Shown: piece after piece, positions 49,406 through 62,099 of the stretch | Numbering within the stretch: the stretch's first letter is position 1 | How the letters are laid out: each line of letters opens with the position of its first letter | Source: Malacoraja senta | Taxonomy: Eukaryota | Length of the DNA: 64,000 nt | Reading direction: 5' to 3' | NCBI GenBank assembly: GCA_038087875.1 | Contig: CM075988.1 | Location: forward strand, 7,008,001 to 7,072,000 | Notes under the pieces: generated by a model | Databases searched by the model: none | What the model was told of the DNA's origin: nothing | What the model saw: only the letters and a program-made list of their open reading frames with translations | Translations under genes and position numbers: made by a program

Positions 49406-52400
49406 AAGTATATACAGTTAATGCAGGACCTTTAACAGCATTGATATTCAAAGAGATCTCGTGGTCCAAGTCCAAAGCTTCCTGAAAATAGTAAAGCAGT
49501 AGATAAAGGTGTAAAGACTTATGGTATACTTGCCTTCATTGGAAAGGGCATTGAGATTAACAATCAAGAAGCCATGTAGCAGCTTTATAAAACATTGATG
49601 AGGTTCAAGATCCAAGGTCTTTTATTGTCACGTGTACCGATTAAGGTACAGTGATATTCGATTAGGCCACACTTTGAGTATTCTGTGCTTTTCTAATTGC
49701 CCCCAAACAGAAAGGATGTGGAGAGGTTTACTGGGATGGAGTCTGGATTAGACGGTATTGGCTAAAAGGAGAGGTTGGACAAATTTGCATTGTTTTCTAT
49801 GCAATGTCGGAGGTTGAGGGGAGACCTGATAGAAGAATGTCAAATTATGAGAGGCATAGATAGGGTAGTCAATCAGAACCGTTATCCCAGGGTGAAAATA
49901 TCAAATACTAGATGGCAGAACTTTAAAGTCAGAGGGGGAAATGTTTTTTTTTTACACTGTGGTAGGTGCCTGGAACGTGCTGTCGGAGGTAGTGGTGGAA
50001 GCAGATCTAATGGTTTTGAAATAGGCATATGAATATGCAGAGAATGGAGAGATATAGGTCATATGTAGGTAGAAGGGAGTAGTTTAATTTTGGACCATGT
50101 TTGACACAGTCGTTGTGGGCTGAAGGGCCTGTTCCACTGCTGGAGTGTTCTATGTTCACAAAAGCAACAATAAAACACTGGGTCATTCAACCTCTCCAAC
50201 CCCCACTTCTCTTTATTCCACAAAAACACTGTTAACATTTCTTCATTTGATTGTTATCCTTCTTGCAGCATTAAGAAACTAAACAATGTTTTTGTCTGTC
50301 ACCACACTGCAGCATTCTTTGTTCTTGAACCGCTCATTAACATTGGACAAACTTCTCTCAGTTTTGGTCGCAGTTATCCATCCATATCTACAAAACTCCT
50401 AAACTTGTGGTAGGATGATACAGCTGTTATCAGGCCACTGAATCATCCTACCACCAGCCAGCCAATGGGGTGCTGAACTACTAACAACCTCTTTGGTAAC
50501 CCTCTGTGTTGATCATTATTCCCATCCCATTTCACATAGAGAGTGGTGAATCTCTGGAGGGCCGGCGGCCGTCAAGATCTGGATCGCGCCCATCGACCCG
50601 GACGGCCTGCGATCGCCGAGACCAGTCATAGGCAGGAGTCGAGCGGCCCGATCGCAGCGGTGGAGCCCAAAGGTGAAGTAGTGGGTGAAGTACTCTCTGC
50701 GAAGCTTGGCGGGTGCGATACCTGCGAGCACCGGAAGAAGATCCGTCAGAGTAGGCCGGAAGCAACCGGTGATGATCCGCATGGTGTCGTTGAGGATGGC
50801 GTCTAGCTTGCTAACATGAGCGCTGTGGCACCATGCTGGGGCGGCGTACTCAGCGACGCTGTACACGAGTGCAAGAGCACTGGTTAAGTATATTAGGGCT
50901 CCTGTTGTCAGAGCCCTGTCATCTGACCTCAGTCAGGCGAACAACAAACAGACAGCAGCAGAAATAACAACGAACAGCAACAGCTTGCAGCCCTAATGCA
51001 ACCTCAGTCACCGCAGTTGGGCGCCAACCAGGAGCATGCGCCCTTTTTAGGGGGGGCACCTACGGATGTCGAACCGGATGGCATCACTCTGCTGCAGCTG
51101 AATGCAGAAGGCCTCACCAACGACAAGGTCACCGTCATTGAACATCTGCTACAGACCCACAAAGTCATTGCAATCCTGCTCCAAGAGACTCACAAATGGG
51201 ATAGCTCCCATCTGAAGATCCCTGGTTATACCCTGGCTGCCTACACAGAGCGACACCCACAGGATTGCCACTTTTGTAAGGAACACAAGTATATACAGTT
51301 AATGCAGGACCTTTAACAGCATTGATATTCAAAGAGATCTCGTGGTCCAAGTCCAAAGCTTCCTGAAAATAGTAAAGCAGTAGATAAAGGTGTAAAGACT
51401 TATGGTATACTTGCCTTCATTGGAAAGGGCATTGAGATTAACAATCAAGAAGCCATGTAGCAGCTTTATAAAACATTGATGAGGTTCAAGATCCAAGGTC
51501 TTTTATTGTCACGTGTACCGATTAAGGTACAGTGATATTCGATTAGGCCACACTTTGAGTATTCTGTGCTTTTCTAATTGCCCCCAAACAGAAAGGATGT
51601 GGAGAGGTTTACTGGGATGGAGTCTGGATTAGACGGTATTGGCTAAAAGGAGAGGTTGGACGAATTTGCATTGTTTTCTCTGCAATGTCGGAGGTTGAGG
51701 GGAGACCTGATAGAAGAATGTCAAATTATGAGAGGCATAGATAGGGTAGTCAATCAGAACCGTTATCCCAGGGTGAAAATATCAAATACTAGATGGCAGA
51801 ACTTTAAAGTCAGAGGGGGAAATGTTTTTTTTTTACACTGTGGTAGGTGCCTGGAACGTGCTGTCGGAGGTAGTGGTGGAAGCAGATCTAATGGTTTTGA
51901 AATAGGCATATGAATATGCAGAGAATGGAGAGATATAGGTCATATGCAGGTAGAAGGGAGTAGTTTAATTTTGGACCATGTTTGACACAGTCGTTGTGGG
52001 CTGAAGGGCCTGTTCCACTGCTGGAGTGTTCTATGTTCACAAAAGCAACAATAAAACACTGGGTCATTCAACCTCTCCAACCCCCACTTCTCTTTATTCC
52101 ACAAAAACACTGTTAACATTTCTTCATTTGATTGTTATCCTTCTTGCAGCATTAAGAAACTAAACAATGTTTTTGTCTGTCACCACACTGCAGCATTCTT
52201 TGTTCTTGAACCGCTCATTAACATTGGACAAACTTCTCTCAGTTTTGGTCGCAGTTATCCATCCATATCTACAAAACTCCTAAACTTGTGGTAGGATGAT
52301 ACAGCTGTTATCAGGCCACTGAATCATCCTACCACCAGCCAGCCAATGGGGTGCTGAACTACTAACAACCTCTTTGGTAACCCTCTGTGTTGATCATTAT

Positions 52401-55400
52401 TCCCATCCCATTTCACATAGAGAGTGGTGAATCTCTGGAGGGCCGGCGGCCGTCAAGATCTGGATCGCGCCCATCGACCCGGACGGCCTGCGATCGCCGA
52501 GACCAGTCATAGGCAGGAGTCGAGCGGCCCGATCGCAGCGGTGGAGCCCAAAGGTGAAGTAGTGGGTGAAGTACTCTCTGCGAAGCTTGGCGGGTGCGAT
52601 ACCTGCGAGCACCGGAAGAAGATCCGTCAGAGTAGGCCGGAAGCAACCGGTGATGATCCACATGGTGTCGTTGAGGATGGCGTCTAGCTTGCTAACATGA
52701 GCGCTGTGGCACCATGCTGGGGCGGCGTACTCAGCGACGCTGTACACGAGTGCAAGAGCACTGGTTAAGTATATTAGGGCTCCTGTTGTCAGAGCCCTGT
52801 CATCTGACCTCAGTCAGGCGAACAACAAACAGACAGCAGCAGAAATAACAACGAACAGCAACAGCTTGCAGCCCTAATGCAACCTCAGTCACCGCAGTTG
52901 GGCGCCAACCAGGAGCATGCGCCCTTTTTAGGGGGGGCACCTACGGATGTCGAACCGGATGGCATCACTCTGCTGCAGCTGAATGCAGAAGGCCTCACCA
53001 ACGACAAGGTCACCGTCATTGAACATCTGCTACAGACCCACAAAGTCATTGCAATCCTGCTCCAAGAGACTCACAAATGGGATAGCTCCCATCTGAAGAT
53101 CCCTGGTTATACCCTGGCTGCCTACACAGAGCGACACCCACAGGATTGCCACTTTTGTAAGGAACACAAGTATATACAGTTAATGCAGGACCTTTAACAG
53201 CATTGATATTCAAAGAGATCTCGTGGTCCAAGTCCAAAGCTTCCTGAAAATAGTAAAGCAGTAGATAAAGGTGTAAAGACTTATGGTATACTTGCCTTCA
53301 TTGGAAAGGGCATTGAGATTAACAATCAAGAAGCCATGTAGCAGCTTTATAAAACATTGATGAGGTTCAAGATCCAAGGTCTTTTATTGTCACGTGTACC
53401 GATTAAGGTACAGTGATATTCGATTAGGCCACACTTTGAGTATTCTGTGCTTTTCTAATTGCCCCCAAACAGAAAGGATGTGGAGAGGTTTACTGGGATG
53501 GAGTCTGGATTAGACGGTATTGGCTAAAAGGAGAGGTTGGACGAATTTGCATTGTTTTCTCTGCAATGTCGGAGGTTGAGGGGAGACCTGATAGAAGAAT
53601 GTCAAATTATGAGAGGCATAGATAGGGTAGTCAATCAGAACCGTTATCCCAGGGTGAAAATATCAAATACTAGATGGCAGAACTTTAAAGTCAGAGGGGG
53701 AAATGTTTTTTTTTTACACTGTGGTAGGTGCCTGGAACGTGCTGTCGGAGGTAGTGGTGGAAGCAGATCTAATGGTTTTGAAATAGGCATATGAATATGC
53801 AGAGAATGGAGAGATATAGGTCATATGCAGGTAGAAGGGAGTAGTTTAATTTTGGACCATGTTTGACACAGTCGTTGTGGGCTGAAGGGCCTGTTCCACT
53901 GCTGGAGTGTTCTATGTTCACAAAAGCAACAATAAAACACTGGGTCATTCAACCTCTCCAACCCCCACTTCTCTTTATTCCACAAAAACATTGTTAACAT
54001 TTCTTCATTTGATTGTTATCCTTCTTGCAGCATTAAGAAACTAAACAATGTTTTTGTCTGTCACCACACTGCAGCATTCTTTGTTCTTGAACCGCTCATT
54101 AACATTGGACAAACTTCTCTCAGTTTTGGTCGCAGTTATCCATCCATATCTACAAAACTCCTAAACTTGTGGTAGGATGATACAGCTGTTATCAGGCCAC
54201 TGAATCATCCTACCACCAGCCAGCCAATGGGGTGCTGAACTACTAACAACCTCTTTGGTAACCCTCTGTGTTGATCATTATTCCCATCCCATTTCACATA
54301 GAGAGTGGTGAATCTCTGGAGGGCCGGCGGCCGTCAAGATCTGGATCGCGCCCATCGACCCGGACGGCCTGCGATCGCCGAGACCAGTCATAGGCAGGAG
54401 TCGAGCGGCCCGATCGCAGCGGTGGAGCCCAAAGGTGAAGTAGTGGGTGAAGTACTCTCTGCGAAGCTTGGCGGGTGCGATACCTGCGAGCACCGGAAGA
54501 AGATCCGTCAGAGTAGGCCGGAAGCAACCGGTGATGATCCGCATGGTGTCGTTGAGGATGGCGTCTAGCTTGCTAACATGAGCGCTGTGGCACCATGCTG
54601 GGGCGGCGTACTCAGCGACGCTGTACACGAGTGCAAGAGCACTGGTTAAGTATATTAGGGCTCCTGTTGTCAGAGCCCTGTCATCTGACCTCAGTCAGGC
54701 GAACAACAAACAGACAGCAGCAGAAATAACAACGAACAGCAACAGCTTGCAGCCCTAATGCAACCTCAGTCACCGCAGTTGGGCGCCAACCAGGAGCATG
54801 CGCCCTTTTTAGGGGGGGCACCTACGGATGTCGAACCGGATGGCATCACTCTGCTGCAGCTGAATGCAGAAGGCCTCACCAACGACAAGGTCACCGTCAT
54901 TGAACATCTGCTACAGACCCACAAAGTCATTGCAATCCTGCTCCAAGAGACTCACAAATGGGATAGCTCCCATCTGAAGATCCCTGGTTATACCCTGGCT
55001 GCCTACACAGAGCGACACCCACAGGATTGCCACTTTTGTAAGGAACACAAGTATATACAGTTAATGCAGGACCTTTAACAGCATTGATATTCAAAGAGAT
55101 CTCGTGGTCCAAGTCCAAAGCTTCCTGAAAATAGTAAAGCAGTAGATAAAGGTGTAAAGACTTATGGTATACTTGCCTTCATTGGAAAGGGCATTGAGAT
55201 TAACAATCAAGAAGCCATGTAGCAGCTTTATAAAACATTGATGAGGTTCAAGATCCAAGGTCTTTTATTGTCACGTGTACCGATTAAGGTACAGTGATAT
55301 TCGATTAGGCCACACTTTGAGTATTCTGTGCTTTTCTAATTGCCCCAAACAGAAAGGATGTGGAGAGGTTTACTGGGATGGAGTCTGGATTAGACGGTAT

Positions 55401-58400
55401 TGGCTAAAAGGAGAGGTTGGACGAATTTGCATTGTTTTCTCTGCAATGTCGGAGGTTGAGGGGAGACCTGATAGAAGAATGTCAAATTATGAGAGGCATA
55501 GATAGGGTAGTCAATCAGAACCGTTATCCCAGGGTGAAAATATCAAATACTAGATGGCAGAACTTTAAAGTCAGAGGGGGAAATGTTTTTTTTTTTACAC
55601 TGTGGTAGGTGCCTGGAACGTGCTGTCGGAGGTAGTGGTGGAAGCAGATCTAATGGTTTTGAAATAGGCATATGAATATGCAGAGAATGGAGAGATATAG
55701 GTCATATGCAGGTAGAAGGGAGTAGTTTAATTTTGGACCATGTTTGACACAGTCGTTGTGGGCTGAAGGGCCTGTTCCACTGCTGGAGTGTTCTATGTTC
55801 ACAAAAGCAACAATAAAACACTGGGTCATTCAACCTCTCCAACCCCCACTTCTCTTTATTCCACAAAAACATTGTTAACATTTCTTCATTTGATTGTTAT
55901 CCTTCTTGCAGCATTAAGAAACTAAACAATGTTTTTGTCTGTCACCACACTGCAGCATTCTTTGTTCTTGAACCGCTCATTAACATTGGACAAACTTCTC
56001 TCAGTTTTGGTCGCAGTTATCCATCCATATCTACAAAACTCCTAAACTTGTGGTAGGATGATACAGCTGTTATCAGGCCACTGAATCATCCTACCACCAG
56101 CAGCCAGCCAATGGGGTGCTGAACTACTAACAACCTCTTTGGTAACCCTCTGTGTTGATCATTATTCCCATCCCATTTCACACAGAGAGTGGTGAATCTC
56201 TGGAGGGCTGGTGGCCGTCAATCAAGATCTGGATCGCGCCCATCGACCCGGACGGCCCTGCGATCGCCGAGACCAGTCATAGGCAGGAGTCGAGCCCGAT
56301 CGCAGCGGTGGAGCCCAAAGGTGAAGTAGTGGGTGAAGTACTCTCCTGCGAAGCTTGGCGGGTGCGATACCTGCGAGCACCGGAAGAAGATCCGTCAGAG
56401 TAGGCCGGAAGCAACGGTGATGATCCGCATGGTGTCGTTGAGGATGGCGTCTAGCTTGCTAACATGAGCGCTGTGGCACCATGCTGGGGCGGCGTACTCA
56501 GCGACGCTGTACACGAGTGCAAGAGCACTGGTTAAGTATATTAGGGCTCCTGTTGTCAGAGCCCTGTCATCTGACCTCAGTCAGGCGAACAACAAAACAG
56601 ACAGCAGCAGAAATAACAACGAAACAGCAACAGCTTGCAGCCCTAATGCAACCTCAGTCACCGCAGTTGGGCGCCAACCAGGAGCATGCGCCCTTTTTAG
56701 GGGAGGCACCTACGGATGTCGAACCGGATGGCATCACCCTGCTGCAACTGAATGCAGAAGGCCTCACCAACGACAAGGTCACCGTCATTGAACATCTGCC
56801 TACAGACCCACAAAGTCATTGCAATCCTGCTCCAAGAGACTCACAAATGGGATAGCTCCCATCTGAAGATCCCTGGTTATACCCTGGCTGCCTACACAGA
56901 GCGACACCCACAGGATTGCCACTTTTGTAAGGAACACAAGTATATACAGTTAATGCAGGACCTTTAACAGCATTGATATTCAAAGAGATCTCGTGGTCCA
57001 AGTCCAAAGCTTCCTGAAAATAGTAAAGCAGTAGATAAAGGTGTAAAGACTTATGGTATACTTGCCTTCATTGGAAAGGGCATTGAGATTAACAATCAAG
57101 AAGCCATGTAGCAGCTTTATAAAACATTGATGAGGTTCAAGATCCAAGGTCTTTTATTGTCACGTGTACCGATTAAGGTACAGTGATATTCGATTAGGCC
57201 ACACTTTGAGTATTCTGTGCTTTTCTAATTGCCCCCAAACAGAAAGGATGTGGAGAGGTTTACTGGGATGGAGTCTGGATTAGACGGTATTGGCTAAAAG
57301 GAGAGGTTGGACGAATTTGCATTGTTTTCTCTGCAATGTCGGAGGTTGAGGGGAGACCTGATAGAAGAATGTCAAATTATGAGAGGCATAGATAGGGTAG
57401 TCAATCAGAACCGTTATCCCAGGGTGAAAATATCAAATACTAGATGGCAGAACTTTAAAGTCAGAGGGGGAAATGTTTTTTTTTTTACACTGTGGTAGGT
57501 GCCTGGAACGTGCTGTCGGAGGTAGTGGTGGAAGCAGATCTAATGGTTTTGAAATAGGCATATGAATATGCAGAGAATGGAGAGATATAGGTCATATGCA
57601 GGTAGAAGGGAGTAGTTTAATTTTGGACCATGTTTGACACAGTCGTTGTGGGCTGAAGGGCCTGTTCCACTGCTGGAGTGTTCTATGTTCACAAAAGCAA
57701 CAATAAAACACTGGGTCATTCAACCTCTCCAACCCCCACTTCTCTTTATTCCACAAAAACATTGTTAACATTTCTTCATTTGATTGTTATCCTTCTTGCA
57801 GCATTAAGAAACTAAACAATGTTTTTGTCTGTCACCACACTGCAGCATTCTTTGTTCTTGAACCGCTCATTAACATTGGACAAACTTCTCTGTTTTGGTC
57901 GCAGTTATCCATCCATATCTACAAAACTCCTAAACTTGTGGTAGGATGATACAGCTGTTATCAGGCCACTGAATCATCCTACCACCAGCCAGCCAATGGG
58001 GTGCTGAACTACTAACAACCTCTTTGGTAACCCTCTGTGTTGATCATTATTCCCATCCCATTTCACATAGAGAGTGGTGAATCTCTGGAGGGCCGGCGGC
58101 CGTCAAGATCTGGATCGCGCCCATCGACCCGGACGGCCTGCGATCGCCGAGACCAGTCATAGGCAGGAGTCGAGCGGCCCGATCGCAGCGGTGGAGCCCA
58201 AAGGTGAAGTAGTGGGTGAAGTACTCTCTGCGAAGCTTGGCGGGTGCGATACCTGCGAGCACCGGAAGAAGATCCGTCAGAGTAGGCCGGAAGCAACCGG
58301 TGATGATCCGCATGGTGTCGTTGAGGATGGCGTCTAGCTTGCTAACATGAGCGCTGTGGCACCATGCTGGGGCGGCGTACTCAGCGACGCTGTACACGAG

Positions 58401-59971
58401 TGCAGAGCACTGGTTAAGTATATTAGGGCTCCTGTTGTCAGAGCCCTGTCATCTGACCTCAGTCAGGCGAACAACAAACAGACAGCAGCAGAAATAACAA
58501 CGAACAGCAACAGCTTGCAGCCCTAATGCAACCTCAGTCACCGCAGTTGGGCGCCAACCAGGAGCATGCGCCCTTTTTAGGGGGGGCACCTACGGATGTC
58601 GAACCGGATGGCATCACTCTGCTGCAGCTGAATGCAGAAGGCCTCACCAACGACAAGGTCACCGTCATTGAACATCTGCTACAGACCCACAAAGTCATTG
58701 CAATCCTGCTCCAAGAGACTCACAAATGGGATAGCTCCCATCTGAAGATCCCTGATTATACCCTGGCTGCCTACACAGAGCGACACCCACAGGATTGCCA
58801 CTTTTGTAAGGAACACAAGTATATACAGTTAATGCAGGACCTTTAACAGCATTGATATTCAAAGAGATCTCGTGGTCCAAGTCCAAAGCTTCCTGAAAAT
58901 AGTAAAGCAGTAGATAAAGGTGTAAAGACTTATGGTATACTTGCCTTCATTGAAAGGGCATTGAGATTAACAATCAAGAAGCCATGTAGCAGCTTTATAA
59001 AACATTGATGAGGTTCAAGATCCAAGGTCTTTTATTGGTCACGTGTACCGATTAAGGTACAGTGATATTCGATTAGGCCACACTTTGAGTATTCTGTGCT
59101 TTTCTAATTGCCCCCAAACAGAAAGGATGTGGAGAGGTTTACTGGGATGGAGTCTGGATTAGACGGTATTGGCTAAAAGGAGAGGTTGGACAAATTTGCA
59201 TTGTTTTCTATGCAATGTCGGAGGTTGAGGGGAGACCTGATAGAAGAATGTCAAATTATGAGAGGCATAGATAGGGTAGTCAATCAGAACCGTTATCCCA
59301 GGTGAAAATATCAAATACTAGATGGCAGAACTTTAAAGTCAGAGGGGGAAATGTTTTTTTTTTACACTGTGGTAGGTGCCTGGAACGTGCTGTCGGAGGT
59401 AGTGGTGGAAGCAGATCTAATGGTTTTGAAATAGGCATATGAATATGCAGAGAATGGAGAGATATAGGTCATATGCAGGTAGAAGGGAGTAGTTTAATTT
59501 TGGACCATGTTTGACACAGTCGTTGTGGGCTGAAGGGCCTGTTCCACTGCTGGAGTGTTCTATGTTCACAAAAGCAACAATAAAACACTGGGTCATTCAA
59601 CCTCTCCAACCCCCACTTCTCTTTATTCCACAAAAACATTGTTAACATTTCTTCATTTGATTGTTATCCTTCTTGCAGCATTAAGAAACTAAACAATGTT
59701 TTTGTCTGTCACCACACTGCAGCATTCTTTGTTCTTGAACCGCTCATTAACATTGGACAAACTTCTCTCAGTTTTGGTCGCAGTTATCCATCCATATCTA
59801 CAAAACTCCTAAACTTGTGGTAGGATGATACAGCTGTTATCAGGCCACTGAATCATCCTACCACCAGCCAGCCAGCCAATGGGGTGCTGAACTACTAACA
59901 ACCTCTTTAGGTAACCCTCTGTGTTGATCATTATTCCCATCCCATTTCACACAGAGTGGTGAATCTCTGGA
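48795..59971. repeat. Tandem array of six ~1.88-kb units
   Basis: Unit starts at 48795, 50681, 52562, 54443, 56329 and 58212. Near-identical; five junction inserts. Confidence 0.97.
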
Positions 59972-60192
59972 ACTCTCTGCCTCAGAAGGTAGTTGAGGCC
60001 AGTTCATTGGCTATATTTAAGAGGGAGTTAGATGTGGCCCTTGTGGCTAAAGGGATCAGGGGGTATGGAGAGAAGGCAGATACAGGGTACTGAGTTGGAT
60101 GATCAGCCATGATCATATTGAATGGCGGTGGACGGCTCGAAGGGCCGAATGGCCTACTCCTGCACCTATTTTCTATGTTTCTATGTTTCTAT
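59945..60192 (+). mobile_element. CR1/HER1 3' end with (CTATGTTT)n tail
   Basis: Continues the sequence that is cut at every array junction. Confidence 0.8.
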
Positions 60193-60599
60193 CATGCATC
60201 TATACACTGTAAATGGCTCGATTGTAATCATGTATTGTCTTTCTGCTGACTGGATAGCACGCAACAAAAGCTTTTCACCGTACCTCTGTACACCTAACAA
60301 TAAACTAAACTGTAACGTAATCTAGCTCCTCTCTTGTAGGCACAGGGTGTCCAACAATGGTTTATCTTCCATCCCCTACGTTATTGCATCTGAATTTCCA
60401 ATATTCATCCTGACAATATTGTAATAGAATAAGAAGGAATGGGAATAGACATAGTCGCAGCAGGTTACCGAAAATTTTCAACATGTTGTAAATCCAGTGG
60501 TGACCATTAAAAGGTACGACTCTTTGGGCCACTACTCACCACCAAACGGTGTCACCCCGCGTTGCACAAAGAGTCGTACCTTTTTCTGGTAGTCTGAGC

Positions 60600-61027
60600 A
60601 CAACGGCGGGGACGTGGACTTACCATTGGAGCCGATCCTTGCCTGGGATCGACGCTCCAACCGCGGCCTACGGATTTCACCATCGGGACGCTACAAAGTT
60701 GCAGAAGGTTCGACCAGCCCCGATCAGGTCGACCAGTACGGGGAGCTGATTGCCCCGACGAGGAGGGCCCGCCGCCGGCTACGGGAGTAAGATCGTCCCG
60801 TCAACGGAAGGCTCGAGGCCTCCAACTGCGGGAGAACAAAGAAGGGAAGAGATTTAACTTTTTTTCGCCTTCTATCACAGGTGAGGAATGTGGAGGAGTC
60901 ACTGTAGTGGATGTTCATGTTAAAATGTATTTTGTGTGTTTTATTGCTTTTTAATGGTATGACTATGGCAAATCAAATTCCTCGTATGTTGCAAAACATA
61001 CTTGGCTAATAAAGTATGATTATGATC
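60600..61027 (+). mobile_element. GC-rich non-coding retroposon (copy C, diverged)
   Basis: Shares GGGAGAACAAAGAAGGGAAGAGA..ACTTTT..GCCTTC hairpin block with copy A; 3' hairpin plus AATAAA. Confidence 0.55.
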
Positions 61028-61904
61028 ATCTTGTACTAAATGTTATTCACGTTATTCCTTTCATCGTGTATCTCTGTGGATGGCTCGATTGTAATCATGT
61101 GCTGTCTTTCTGCTGACTGGTTAGCATGCAATAAAAGCTTTTCACTGTACCTCGGTACACGTGACAATAAACTAAACCTAATTCTTCAGCTAGTTTTGAT
61201 GTGAAATACGCCAACTCAATATTAGCCTACTAAAATAAATTATATAATTGTAAAGAAAAATGTGTGGGTTGGGAAGTGCGGTTAAAATAGATTACTCTTT
61301 CAAGGAACCAACAAATAGAATTACTATCTTTTGCAATACATGTTTCTATGAAACAAAGTGTTAATTCAATAAATATTTTCCAGGTACTGGACCATCCCCG
61401 AAATACAAACAATTGGAATGTCTTGGCTAGATTTTAAACAAGACTAAACTTTTAATCCATTTTTTCCAAAATATTAATTTTATTCACAATAAAACTATAT
61501 ACAAAACCGAGTAAAGATCGCAAAGCTCGACGTGCATTTTCAGCGTCTAAACAATCATTATAGGAAATTCTCAAGAGTGTTTAAACAACTATCTTTAAAC
61601 AAAACAAAGCACCCTCGGCACTCATGTAATAATAAGGAACTGCAGATTTGGTTTAGTTGTTTTATTGTCACGTGTACCGAGGTACAGTGAAAAGCTTTAT
61701 GTTGAGCGCTATCCTGTCAGCGAAACGACACATGCTTACAATCGAGCCGTCCACAGCGTACCTATACAATGTACAGATGCTGGTTTGTACCAAAGATCGA
61801 CGCAGAATGCTACTGTAACTCAGCGGGTCCAGCAGCATATCTGGAGAAAAAGAACAGGTGACGTTTCGAGTAGACACCCTTCTTCAGACCCTTGCCATTC
61901 AAGT

Positions 61905-61940
61905 CAAAAGATCCTACAGGGATCCGCTATAGGATCTTTG
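61905..61940. mobile_element. 36-bp TIR remnant between 8-bp TSDs
   Basis: ATTCAAGT|CAAAAGATCCTACAGGGA TCCGCTATAGGATCTTTG|ATTCAAGT. Confidence 0.75.
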
Positions 61941-61993
61941 ATTCAAGTGGTCGCCTCGGGTGATATCCCTTCCTCAGTTTGAGGGGTTGGAAC

Positions 61994-62017
61994 CAAAGAT
62001 CCTATAGCGGATCTTTG
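61994..62017. mobile_element. 24-bp TIR remnant between 8-bp TSDs
   Basis: GTTGGAAC|CAAAGATCCTATAGCGGATCTTTG|GTTGGAAC. Confidence 0.75.
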
Positions 62018-62099
62018 GTTGGAACCTTGCTGCTCAATGTCCAGCAGCGGAAAGTGTCAAGCAGAATGTGATCAGTTTCTGGTTTCGCTATGTTTATGT

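Noticed and set aside
50996..51316. 106-aa endonuclease-like ORF repeated in the array
   Set aside because: Only the N-terminal part of a Vingi APE domain; it is frameshifted and runs into the TSD and CR1 flank, lacking the later catalytic motifs.
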